A stretch of DNA of 60,989 nt, counting the filler, from Stramenopiles sp. TOSAG23-2 (Eukaryota): NCBI GenBank assembly GCA_900128395.1. It is 4 parts of 4 records of this genome, joined end to end, with 100 filler letters (N's around TTAATTAATTAA, not from the genome) between each part and the next. Parts side by side here need not be neighbours in the genome. Positions count along the whole stretch, not along the records: positions 1 to 15,207 come from LT649721.1; positions 15,308 to 30,479 come from LT649722.1; 2 more parts are not named here. One strand, written 5' to 3'. Of this stretch, positions 11,017-21,276 are shown piece by piece (positions within the stretch are counted from its first letter, which is position 1; the number at the start of each line of letters is the position of its first letter). The notes beneath the pieces were generated by a model. The model searched no databases. It had not been told where the DNA came from and worked only from the letters and a program-made list of their open reading frames with translations. The translations under genes were made by a program, and so were the position numbers.

Positions 11017-14001
11017 ATGGACGGTGTAAATATCAGCTTTAATATGTTGGAATTGGTGAATGATGAAGAGGAGGAAGGAATGGTTCACCATAACCGCAGT
11101 CAAACGGGCGTGAAATATGTATCAAATGATAATAATAGTAACAATAATAATGTAAATAATTATGATAATAATAACAATGGACCAGAACAAGGATCAATAG
11201 ATAATGATCATAATAATGATAATAATAATAATAATAATAATAATAATAGTATAAATGTTGTTGATAGTAGGGAACTGTTAGAGTTTGATAATAGTAAAAG
11301 TGCAAGTCGTACTCAAAATGGTTCTATGATAATACCATCCGTGAAATCACACGTTTTACGAAAACCAAAAAATGGTGGTTCAAGAGTAAACTTATACGGA
11401 AACGGCTCGAATGATTGGTCTGCTTTTAAAAAACGCGCCGAAAGCCTGTTGCTAGGGGAAGAGGAAGAACGCTTTGCAAAGGATGGCGCAATTTTTGATT
11501 TAACCGAAATTAATGATAAAGGTCGACGATATAATAATAATAACAACAACAACAACGTAGAAGGTGGAAGTCAACTTGACAATAACAATATGAACCAAAA
11601 AGATAATTTTTTCGATGAAGAACTGGAAGATATTATGAAACCACCACCACCATTAGGATCTTTGTCAAGAATGGGGCGTGGAATGTCACAAAAAAAAAGA
11701 AAAAGTGGAAAAGACAATAGGAAAAATAGAAATAAATCATTAGATCAAATAAAAAATGTCAAAGTTGGTAGGAAAGGTGGTACAGCAGCAAAAATTAGGG
11801 AAATGGACGTTGTAAAATTTATTTGTATGCGGGAATCTTTAGTTGCTCGTTTAAAAGCTGTGACCAGATCATTACGTACGATGGCTCAAAAAATTCGTAT
11901 GTCACGAATTCAAGAAGGTGATCCATTGGATATAAAAATGGAATCAAAATTATTGAGCCAGCAAGAGCTATTTAAGGAATTAGTTTCAAGTTTACGTAAA
12001 GCATCAGTTGCAGTTGTTGAAAGTGTCCAAGAGTGGAGAAAAACAATTAAAATGGAGGAAAAATCAAGGGGCGAATCTATATATTCAGTCGTGACATTTG
12101 AATGGCAAAAAATGAATTATTTAATTAAAATGAATCGTGATTTAATCTTTTTAAGAATGAAAAAAAATGTAAATATATTAAATACTGCAAAATTTAAAAG
12201 TATGACAGGAAAAGAACGCGTAATAGAATTACGAAAAGATGATCCTCGAGATACAATAGCTTTGTGGTGTGGATTAGATCCATTAACAAATCCTTTACTA
12301 ATGTTACCACCTGGTCATAGTATTGTACAACGATTAAAAGAGGAAAAAGATATATGGGAAGTAGAACTAAATCAAGCGTTGCATGATGAGGCAGAAGAGA
12401 TCGCAGCAGAATATATGAAACAACGAGCAAAGGCACAGCAAAAGTTTGGGGGTGGAAGAGGTGTTTTAACAGTTGATGATGATGATGACGAAGAAGAAAA
12501 AGTAGTGGATCCTAACAACAACGATAACAATGGCGAAGAAGAGGGAATGGAGACTAAAGGTGATGGTGCATTAGAATTAGAAAATGATCCCTTGTTAGAA
12601 GAAGATTCTGAATTAGACGCGGAAGGACATCATATCCATCCTATTGAAGAGAGAGAACCGTGGAGATGGTTTGCGTTAGAATTAGCACCAAATGAAGTTT
12701 CATTGATTCCAGCAGTTGATCAAAGGATTTATGATCGTGTCATTAGTGCACATAATGTAATATTAAATGAACGAAATATTGAAGCTCAAGTACAAAATCA
12801 AAGGCGCAAGTTAATGGAAATAGATGATACATATGATGCAATTACATCCATTGCTGATAATGGGGGGGTAAACAATATCTTGCAATATGTCAGGGAAGAA
12901 CCACCTGCTGGTAAAAACGCAGGGAAGGAACTGCAATCTCGACAACAAGAAAGAAATTTACGCAAACTCATACCAGGAATGGCAAAACCTATTAACCCGG
13001 ATAACATTGATGATCCGCAGCCATCAGCTCCAGCAATGAAGCCAAATCGATCAAAGATGATCGAACGTTTAAACGAATTAATAGAAGACGAAGGTGTATT
13101 GCACACTGGTTATGATCAAGAAAACAGTTCGATATTTGGATCCTCATTAAAACGGCGTAGTGGTATGACGGAATCACGACGATATGTAAGATGGCAAGCT
13201 CGAGCAGCTAGGAAGATACAAGCCCGTGTACGTGGTATGCTTGCAAGAAAAGTTGGCGGTCGCGTTGACTTATTGAATATTAAAAGAAGTGAAAAACGTA
13301 ATAAAAGTGCCATTGATATACAGCGAATTGCACGTGGCATGCTTGGAAGATTGTATTTTGAAGAATACCGGATTGCAAATACAAGACAAATGACTGATGA
13401 GGAAGCTGCTGTTAAGGTTCAAGCTGGTTTACGTGCAATGTGGGCCCGCAAGTATGTTGATGTTATACGTACATACGAGAAAACGATGAAAATGATGGCC
13501 GAGGAAGAAGAGAAAAAAGAGGAAGAAAGACGAAAGCAAGAAAGGGCAAGAATGTTTGGTGGATTATTGACCGTAGATGATACTAGTGATAGTATGGCAA
13601 ATGGAATGGATACGGGTCCCAGTTTAAACAGTAATAATAATTTTAATAATGAATTAGGAATGCTTAATGAAGAGTCAAATGAGGAACAAGCAACTTTTTC
13701 TAGCACCGATGGTCCAAATGGAAGTGATTATCTAGATGATGATGATGCCGAAGGACAAATACAAGAACACATTTACTCACCTGATGAGTTCGATCAAATG
13801 GATGCTGCTGTTACGATCCAAGCACAAGTCCGTGGTTTTGTTGAGCGTAAACGTGGTATAATAATGGAATCTAGGAAAAGCCAAGAAGAGTTAAATGTGC
13901 CCAAAGAATTCTTAGAAGAAACTGTAGAGGAAGAAAAAATAGCAAAGGCAGACGAAGAACAGCTTCAGCAACCTAGATTACTTTTAAGTGAAGAGAGTTG
14001 A
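11017..14001 (+). CDS. IQ-motif (calmodulin-binding) coiled-coil protein
   Basis: 994-aa ORF with IQARVRGMLARK, IQRIARGMLGR, VQAGLRAMWARK, IQAQVRGFVERK. Confidence 0.8.
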   Translation: MDGVNISFNMLELVNDEEEEGMVHHNRSQTGVKYVSNDNNSNNNNVNNYDNNNNGPEQGSIDNDHNNDNNNNNNNNNSINVVDSRELLEFDNSKSASRTQNGSMIIPSVKSHVLRKPKNGGSRVNLYGNGSNDWSAFKKRAESLLLGEEEERFAKDGAIFDLTEINDKGRRYNNNNNNNNVEGGSQLDNNNMNQKDNFFDEELEDIMKPPPPLGSLSRMGRGMSQKKRKSGKDNRKNRNKSLDQIKNVKVGRKGGTAAKIREMDVVKFICMRESLVARLKAVTRSLRTMAQKIRMSRIQEGDPLDIKMESKLLSQQELFKELVSSLRKASVAVVESVQEWRKTIKMEEKSRGESIYSVVTFEWQKMNYLIKMNRDLIFLRMKKNVNILNTAKFKSMTGKERVIELRKDDPRDTIALWCGLDPLTNPLLMLPPGHSIVQRLKEEKDIWEVELNQALHDEAEEIAAEYMKQRAKAQQKFGGGRGVLTVDDDDDEEEKVVDPNNNDNNGEEEGMETKGDGALELENDPLLEEDSELDAEGHHIHPIEEREPWRWFALELAPNEVSLIPAVDQRIYDRVISAHNVILNERNIEAQVQNQRRKLMEIDDTYDAITSIADNGGVNNILQYVREEPPAGKNAGKELQSRQQERNLRKLIPGMAKPINPDNIDDPQPSAPAMKPNRSKMIERLNELIEDEGVLHTGYDQENSSIFGSSLKRRSGMTESRRYVRWQARAARKIQARVRGMLARKVGGRVDLLNIKRSEKRNKSAIDIQRIARGMLGRLYFEEYRIANTRQMTDEEAAVKVQAGLRAMWARKYVDVIRTYEKTMKMMAEEEEKKEEERRKQERARMFGGLLTVDDTSDSMANGMDTGPSLNSNNNFNNELGMLNEESNEEQATFSSTDGPNGSDYLDDDDAEGQIQEHIYSPDEFDQMDAAVTIQAQVRGFVERKRGIIMESRKSQEELNVPKEFLEETVEEEKIAKADEEQLQQPRLLLSEES

Positions 14002-14186
14002 GGGAAAGAGAGAGAGAGAGAAAATTACGAGAATTTTGTAATATTTTTTAATATTTAGAGGAAGAAAAAATAGCAAAGGCAGACGAAGAACAGCTTCAGC
14101 AACCTAGATTCTTTTAAGTGAAGAGAGTTGAGAGAAAGAGAGAGAGAGAGAAAATTACGAGAATTTTGTAATATTTTTTAATATTT
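13925..14186. repeat. ~131-bp tandem duplication spanning the IQ-gene stop codon
   Basis: tagaggaagaaaaaatagc...aatattt twice; copies differ by a 1-nt indel and one substitution. Confidence 0.9.
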
Positions 14187-14284
14187 TTTACGCCGTATAA
14201 GATTAAAAATTACAAAAGTATTTTTTTTATTTTACGAAGAGGAAGTAACTTTTTTTAAAAGATCTATGTGTTACGTATATATAT

Positions 14285-14421
14285 TTTTTAATCACGATCG
14301 TACCCTAATAAAGAACGATCTACTATGCTTGTAGTTAATTTCACTGACGACATTTTTAATCACGATCGTACCCTAATAAAGAACGATCTACTATGCTTGT
14401 AGTTAATTTCAATGAAGACAT
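14285..14421. repeat. ~68-bp tandem duplication spanning the stop codon of the minus-strand gene ending at 14356
   Basis: tttttaatcacgatcgtaccctaataaagaacgatctactatgcttgtagttaatttca twice; two mismatches in the distal part. Confidence 0.9.
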
Positions 14422-15207
14422 TCGAGTTCCTTTCAAAGTAATTCGAGATTTAGGATTTTTACCGCCCCTTAATGGGGACAATCGTCTTCCACTTTTTGGA
14501 GACAACGATTTGGCCACTAATGTCGGTGTCGTTTTAATAAATGCTTGGTATCCAGGCTTTTTCGATTTTGTCTTTAATCCTGGACTCCCCCATTTATCGA
14601 CTCTAATTGCGAGTTCAAACTCATCACCTTGTTGTGTCTTCAACCGTTTTTCTAAAACAGATACAAATTCTTTTCCAGTAGGAAGTTCGTCATCGATTGT
14701 CGTGATACATGTCCTATCAATATCTACATCATCGCGATCGTATACAATTGAAGTATTGGACACAGAAATTTCTCCATTTTGTCCGATTACACCTGATACT
14801 GCACTTGGCATTTTCATAATCCCACTTTGCAACATATGCAATGGTATGATACTTAATGATTCAAAATCTTCTCCAGTTTCAACAGGTGGAGGGGGCTTAT
14901 CATCCCTGGGGGAGAATTTTCTCCGCCGTCTGGAACTGGTCTTATTATTGATAATTTCTCTTTCTGCCTTTTCATACTTTATGTTGTTATTATTGATAAT
15001 TTCTCTTTGTGCCTTTTCATACCTGCCTAGACTTCTTCTTTTTGATTGTTTCTTTTGCATTATCAGGGGCTTATCATCCCTGGGGGAGAATTTTCTCCGC
15101 CGTCTGGAACTGGTCTTATTATTGATAATTTCTCTTTCTGCCTTTTCATACTTTATGTTGTTATTATTGATAATTTCTCTTTGTGCCTTTTCATACCTGC
15201 CTAGACT
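14356..15207 (-). CDS. 3' part of hypothetical protein, 5'-truncated by contig end, with a 58-aa internal repeat
   Basis: Frame open from the gap to the stop at 14356; 174-bp period repeat (14892 vs 15066); no recognisable domain. Confidence 0.6.
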   Translation of the reverse strand, partial: SLGRYEKAQREIINNNNIKYEKAEREIINNKTSSRRRRKFSPRDDKPLIMQKKQSKRRSLGRYEKAQREIINNNNIKYEKAEREIINNKTSSRRRRKFSPRDDKPPPPVETGEDFESLSIIPLHMLQSGIMKMPSAVSGVIGQNGEISVSNTSIVYDRDDVDIDRTCITTIDDELPTGKEFVSVLEKRLKTQQGDEFELAIRVDKWGSPGLKTKSKKPGYQAFIKTTPTLVAKSLSPKSGRRLSPLRGGKNPKSRITLKGTRMSSLKLTTSIVDRSLLGYDRD

Positions 15208-15307
15208 NNNNNNNNNNNNNNNNNNNNNNNNNNNNNNNNNNNNNNNNNNNNTTAATTAATTAANNNNNNNNNNNNNNNNNNNNNNNNNNNNNNNNNNNNN
15301 NNNNNNN
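15208..15307. other. Artificial contig linker (N44-TTAATTAATTAA-N44)
   Basis: 100-nt block with a central all-frame stop cassette; identical at three places. Confidence 0.98.
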
Positions 15308-18300
15308 AGAATCAAACAAGCAACATTAGATCGAGCATTATTAATATACAAACGTATAGCAAAATTAGCTGAAAATGAGAATGATAATGTTGCATTTAAA
15401 GCATTTCAAGGTATTTTAAAAATTGTAAAAGAAGGTAGATGTCCATCAATAAATGCAATAGATGATACATTAGGTAATGCACCATATGCAATAAAAGAAC
15501 GATCAATGCATAAAAATTATATTGAACATATACCTATTTATCCAACAGTATTATATGATTTAACTGCGCGTTTTATCAATGCAATTGCACCACGTTTGCA
15601 TATATTAATTGCACGTGGAAAAGCATTACCATTAAATACACAATATGTAGTCATTGAAACCATCTCATATATATTACGATTTTTATTAGATATGGGTGTA
15701 CGTATACGTTCCGATGAACCATCAAGATATGAATCACCAATTGATTGGAGTATATCCTATGTACAAACAATTGTATTGCCATTATTAAATGTAAATATAA
15801 ATAACATGCCTAGTGCTGTACTTGCATCGTCTAATGCTATTTGGAATATATGTTGTTCTAAATTGATGAAATTAAAACGTGTGGAATGGTATCCACATGT
15901 TGTAAATAATTTAATCAAGATGATATTGCAAAAAGATGCAAATTTTCCATATCAAGTTTGTAATAATAATAATAATACAAATTCTTCGTTGTTTACAACT
16001 CCAACTGGATTCCCATATCATATAGGAGAAATGATTGATCGTATTGTATGTTGTGCTGAATATATGCCAAAATCAGAATGGTATGTGAAAGTACCATCAA
16101 TTATTCGTGTTATTGGTAGTATAATCCATGTAAAAAAGCGTCTTGTGATGTTACAACATGTAGTAGATTTAATTATTATCGATATGATGAAGGATAATAA
16201 CGAAAAAAATACAACCATGAATATATTAACTATATGTTTTCAACAAGATTCATGGTTAAATGCATTAATATATTCACCATTATTACATTTATACAATAAT
16301 ACAAGAAATAATACAATGTATAACAACAATAACAACAACAACACGGCAACACCATATTATTTTCGAGAAGAAATTATTTTGTCAATTTTATTATCATGGT
16401 GTAAATACAATGGTATATACAATAATAAAAAAGACAAACAACAAAATGGAAAATTAAAACAAAAACCAATACGAGTTATACAATCTGTATCAACCGCATT
16501 TCAATTATTAGATCAATTTTATATATGTTTATCATATAATATACACACTAACAATAGTAATAACGCAAATAAAAAGATTGGCGAATCTTTACGTTCCGCT
16601 TTAATATCTCACGTATATTTAGATGTCTTTGAAATATGCTTAAAGCATATTATTACAACAAATGATAATAATCCTGATTATGAAACATTTATTGAGAAAT
16701 TTTATAGTAATTTCTTAGCAGAAATATTAGAGATAAAAATACAAGAAGAAGAAGACGACAACGAAAATAATAATAATAATAATAATGGTAATAACTATAC
16801 TGATTATGAAACATTTATTGAGAAATTTTATAGTAATTTCTTAGCAGAAATATTAGAGATAAAAATACAAGAAGAAGAAGACGACAACGAAAATAATAAT
16901 AATAATAATAATGGTAATAACTATATGTCATTACCATATCATTTAAAATTAAATATACAAATTCATGGAATGATTCTTATCTTGAAATATATTAATGTCT
17001 TCATTGATTACAATAATATTCATGATAATGATATCATGGGTAATGCAAATAAAGAAAAACGTGGACAACTTGAACAAGCTATTATTCGTATTTTAAATAT
17101 TATTGTAACAATTACAAATAAAATTGGCAATAATGATGATTATACCACCACCACCAAAAACAACAACAACAACAATAACCATCAACGAATGAAATATTTT
17201 TCAAATGATCATCTTATTAGTAATATGTATATTTTCATTCCTACATTATTGAAATTTATGAAAAAAGCATTGTTAAAATCGCGTGAGAAACAAACCATTG
17301 GAACTCCATTAGGATCGCCAATACATCATAATATGATGGGAAATGTAAATATGATTGAAAATATAAATGATTCGATACATAAAGTTATCTATCAACTTGA
17401 AGAATCCAATCGAGTTACAAATAATACTCATAATACCGATGATATTGATGATTTAATGTTGAACGAAGGGACACTTCCAACGCATACATTATCACAAATG
17501 TTAAAAAATTTAATTAATAATACATCCACTATATTGCTTGGAGCGACTGGTAGTACTTCAGAAAGTACAAATGATATTATAGGTATATTAATTAATGAAG
17601 ATGATGTTACTACAACAGGAAATAGATTAGATGGAAATAATCAACAAACAGATAAACAGCATTCAATGATTGGCACTGGTACATTTTATGATCAAATTAC
17701 TGAATGTGCATATGATTTAAAGTTGACTCTATGCGATGATTGTAATAATAATAATAACAATAATAATAATAATAATACCTTGTCTATACACAGTGGTATC
17801 TTGAAATATTTGTTTCAACTTCAAGATCATATTCAAACGTTTCATGAGGAAGATTCTCATACGATGGAATATAATGATAATCTTACCTTTCGAAAACATT
17901 ACATTGGCGATGTAAAAGAAAACGATGAAAGTATTTTACAAGATATTATGAAAAAAAATACAATGATAGAGAAAGAGAATGTATTGAAAGCAAGTTGGAT
18001 ATCATCATCTAAATCATTATTTTTAACAAATTATTATAAAAATACGCAGAAAAAAAAGGACGATCCATCACCACCTCCTGGATTAAATATTGACGAGGAC
18101 ATCGATTATAAAACATTAAATGGTAGTAGCGATCCGTTAATGATCAGCATGAAACATCAATATTTTCCATTATCAAAACGTTTAACTGTTTCAGTCCGTA
18201 TAATTAGTATGATGAATTTTCCATGTTATGGTCCAGTTCATGTACGATTAGCATTATCAAATACTAGAGTATTAACGTTATCCCCTACAGGTATTCAACA

Positions 18301-19585
18301 TACATTTGAAGGGACATTATTGCCACGAACGGTATTACAATGGGATACAGTATTTTATGTAAGTGCATTCGATGATGTTACTGTGACTCCATTAGTAAAG
18401 TTGGCATATGTACAAACCAGTGATCCATCAACACGTGATGATGCTAAAAAAAGTAATAAAATGGATAAAGACAAAGATGGAAAAGATGTAGATTTAGATA
18501 ACATGCCTGAGGAGTATTATTATGATAGTGAAATGGAAGATATGGAAGAAGATAATAATAACAATACGACAAATAATAATAATGATGATAATCATGAAAA
18601 TGTGCAACAATATGTTACAATTTTATGTGAGAAATATGACATATCAAAATGTGATTTCATAACAAGAGGACCAAATTGGATTAAACATTCTGTTGATTCA
18701 TTTACATCACTTTGGATACGTTTAAATCATGTTTTTTTCTCATATGGAGAAGCACATGTACATACAGAACGAACCAAAACACCAGAAGAAATATTAACAT
18801 TATTAGCATGTTGTTCACGTAAATATTTTCGATATCTTGGTATAATACCAGTTGGTCATAATATGATTGGTGGTGGATTTATAGGTACCACATGTGATAA
18901 CCATTGGCTTTGCTTTACAGTAACAATTGTAAAAGATCTTTCGTTTGATCAAACAAATAGTAATCATAATAATAATAATACTAGCAACAATGTAGTGCCA
19001 TTTTCATCGATTCAAACTGAAATGATGAATAAAACATTTTCAAAATCACATTTACAACATGTAAACGATACAAAAATATTTAATAAAAATAAAGAAGAAA
19101 AGGTAAAAAAAACAAATAATAATAATAATATGGTTAATACAAATGAAAATATTAAAATATGGAAAGCGCAATTTGAATTTCGTTCAGATAGTAATCATAT
19201 TTTAAAGCGTTTAAAAGGTGAAAAATTGTTTCATAATGATAATGGATATTCATTTTCAACGTTTCTTGATAGGATTAGTCATGGGTTGTTTCAAGGATCT
19301 TTGCAACAGCAACAGCAACGTAGTGATGTTCTTGGTGGAAATGCTAATAATAATAATGATGATGAGATATTTGCATCCTTATTGGAAAGAAAAGATGAAT
19401 TAATATTTGAAGTAGATCGTGTAAATAAATTAACAAAACATGATTGTTACAATGGTAATAATGACAATAATGAATTGTTCAATAGTGAAATGTTAGATCA
19501 AGCAATGGTTGGTGAGGAAGGGAATGATGAACGTGATATGGATGATTTATTATTTGTCGTTGGTGAGTTTCATAAGACCATGTAA
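15308..19585 (+). CDS. TPLATE-like beta-adaptin-related subunit (TSET complex), 5'-truncated
   Basis: Frame open from contig start (RIKQATLDRALL...DNVAFKAF). Appendage signature TLNGSSDPLMISMKH..RLTVSVRI and ILCEKYDI..DFI..SVDSFTSLW resemble TPLATE TLTGSSDPCYVEAYH / LRCQPYKIP..FRLW; the fold is shared with beta-COP. Confidence 0.65.
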   Translation, partial: RIKQATLDRALLIYKRIAKLAENENDNVAFKAFQGILKIVKEGRCPSINAIDDTLGNAPYAIKERSMHKNYIEHIPIYPTVLYDLTARFINAIAPRLHILIARGKALPLNTQYVVIETISYILRFLLDMGVRIRSDEPSRYESPIDWSISYVQTIVLPLLNVNINNMPSAVLASSNAIWNICCSKLMKLKRVEWYPHVVNNLIKMILQKDANFPYQVCNNNNNTNSSLFTTPTGFPYHIGEMIDRIVCCAEYMPKSEWYVKVPSIIRVIGSIIHVKKRLVMLQHVVDLIIIDMMKDNNEKNTTMNILTICFQQDSWLNALIYSPLLHLYNNTRNNTMYNNNNNNNTATPYYFREEIILSILLSWCKYNGIYNNKKDKQQNGKLKQKPIRVIQSVSTAFQLLDQFYICLSYNIHTNNSNNANKKIGESLRSALISHVYLDVFEICLKHIITTNDNNPDYETFIEKFYSNFLAEILEIKIQEEEDDNENNNNNNNGNNYTDYETFIEKFYSNFLAEILEIKIQEEEDDNENNNNNNNGNNYMSLPYHLKLNIQIHGMILILKYINVFIDYNNIHDNDIMGNANKEKRGQLEQAIIRILNIIVTITNKIGNNDDYTTTTKNNNNNNNHQRMKYFSNDHLISNMYIFIPTLLKFMKKALLKSREKQTIGTPLGSPIHHNMMGNVNMIENINDSIHKVIYQLEESNRVTNNTHNTDDIDDLMLNEGTLPTHTLSQMLKNLINNTSTILLGATGSTSESTNDIIGILINEDDVTTTGNRLDGNNQQTDKQHSMIGTGTFYDQITECAYDLKLTLCDDCNNNNNNNNNNNTLSIHSGILKYLFQLQDHIQTFHEEDSHTMEYNDNLTFRKHYIGDVKENDESILQDIMKKNTMIEKENVLKASWISSSKSLFLTNYYKNTQKKKDDPSPPPGLNIDEDIDYKTLNGSSDPLMISMKHQYFPLSKRLTVSVRIISMMNFPCYGPVHVRLALSNTRVLTLSPTGIQHTFEGTLLPRTVLQWDTVFYVSAFDDVTVTPLVKLAYVQTSDPSTRDDAKKSNKMDKDKDGKDVDLDNMPEEYYYDSEMEDMEEDNNNNTTNNNNDDNHENVQQYVTILCEKYDISKCDFITRGPNWIKHSVDSFTSLWIRLNHVFFSYGEAHVHTERTKTPEEILTLLACCSRKYFRYLGIIPVGHNMIGGGFIGTTCDNHWLCFTVTIVKDLSFDQTNSNHNNNNTSNNVVPFSSIQTEMMNKTFSKSHLQHVNDTKIFNKNKEEKVKKTNNNNNMVNTNENIKIWKAQFEFRSDSNHILKRLKGEKLFHNDNGYSFSTFLDRISHGLFQGSLQQQQQRSDVLGGNANNNNDDEIFASLLERKDELIFEVDRVNKLTKHDCYNGNNDNNELFNSEMLDQAMVGEEGNDERDMDDLLFVVGEFHKTM
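16674..16925 (+). repeat. In-frame 126-bp (42-aa) exact tandem duplication
   Basis: DYETFIEKFYSNFLAEILEIKIQEEEDDNENNNNNNNGNNY repeated; identical nucleotide copies at 16674 and 16800. Confidence 0.92.
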
Positions 19586-20731
19586 GACGTAGACGATGAA
19601 AGTACTAGTGCGGAAAGTGTGCGCAATGTGAGTCCATGTTTATGTATTGCAATGAGTTTTTTTTTTTGGTGTGAAAGGCGATATGAAAAGAAGGATAGGG
19701 AGTGTACGCAATGTGAGTCCATATTTATGTAATGCACACAAGCAACGTTTGTTTTTTTTTTTGGTGAAAGGGAGATGATATTGAGAGGTGATGGTACTAT
19801 AAGTTACTCGGTCAAGCTTCACACTATAAATGGTAATGTCTCGTCTTCTACGTCTTGCTTCTCTCTCCTTTTTAAAAAATGCAGCACAAGGGGCGAAGTG
19901 CGAAGTGGCGTAAATCTTACGAGTAGTAAGAATATTACGATAGTTATTTAGTCCTTTCATTCAGTTTTCCGAGTTCCGAGTACAATTATTACTTTTATTA
20001 GTGTAGTTTACATGCTGTTTTACTCGTACGTACCTGTTTTTCCTGCATTTACCTTTTTATACGATTGTTTCCTCTACTGTTTTTTGCTTTTTGCTTTTAC
20101 TACGAACTCCCTTCGTATTATTGTACTTACTTTAAATAAATGTAATATGTGTGTGAGTCACCTCTCGTCACCTTCTGGTTTTTGGGGCATAAAAATAACT
20201 GGTTAGCATAGGAATATCACCTCTGTGCCCCGCGGCGTGAAAACACTGAAAAATCATAAAAAATCAACTAAAAATCGGTATTTATTGATGATATTACATC
20301 ACTTGTTGTTGTAAATGTCAACCAATACGTATATACATTGAAAAGACACGTTCATATACATCGTAGTGTTCTTCCTCATATTTTGTTTAGAATCTTATAG
20401 ATAGTTGACCAAGTGCAATTGTTTTTTTTTTGTTTTTTATGATAGTAATTTTTTAGAAAATAAACACATCATATTAAAACATTTTGTTAATAATAGTAAA
20501 ATTAGCATAAAATAAGTGGGTTGGAAAGGTTAGTCACACTTTATATATTAGTTTTTATATAGATAGATTTCACAACAATATATAGATTAACATCTTCATT
20601 GTAATATATATATACATACATAGATACACACACTTACACACGTACAATAGATCATCGAATAGAAATACGATATAGATCATTTTGATATACATAATACTTT
20701 CATTTTTGTCATTATATTATACTTAAATATT

Positions 20732-20947
20732 ATGGGTAATTGCAGTACAAGAGAAGATAAAGGTAGTGGTGGAAAAGGTGGTAGTAGTAGTAGTAGTAAT
20801 ATTAAAAATAACCATGTAAGCCAGCAAAAAGATGCATTTGGTGGAAAAAGTGGGGAACAATCTTTAGGATTCAAACCACCTATTGTATTAAAGGTGTCTG
20901 AAATCGTGCGTCCCGATAATTATAGAATCAAAAGTAATAAAGCATAA
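20732..20947 (+). CDS. Small putative N-myristoylated/palmitoylated protein (71 aa)
   Basis: Starts MGNCST (G2, C4); coding-like composition after an AT-rich leader. Confidence 0.5.
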   Translation: MGNCSTREDKGSGGKGGSSSSSNIKNNHVSQQKDAFGGKSGEQSLGFKPPIVLKVSEIVRPDNYRIKSNKA

Positions 20948-21276
20948 AACAATTATATACGCGATGTGTATATATATAAACGTCATATAATTAGACAAAG
21001 ATTAATTGAACGATGATGGAAGTGAAGGAGTGGGAGGACAACCCTGGATACACTTGTACCACTTTTGAGTAAAAAATATAAATTAGACAAAAAGAGAGAG
21101 TAGCCGTAACGACAATAATCAGTTATAAAATCTAATATACATCACTTTTTACAACTCCCAAAAGATATATTTTGAAATTTGTTTATAATTGTTTAAAACA
21201 CGTATGAAACCGTAAAGCGTATCGCCCTTCGCTTCACCCTCTCACCACCTCATATGATTACAACATTATTATACAC

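Noticed and set aside
15252-15263. TTAATTAATTAA as a biological motif
   Set aside because: It is centred in N-runs three times; a synthetic all-frame stop linker
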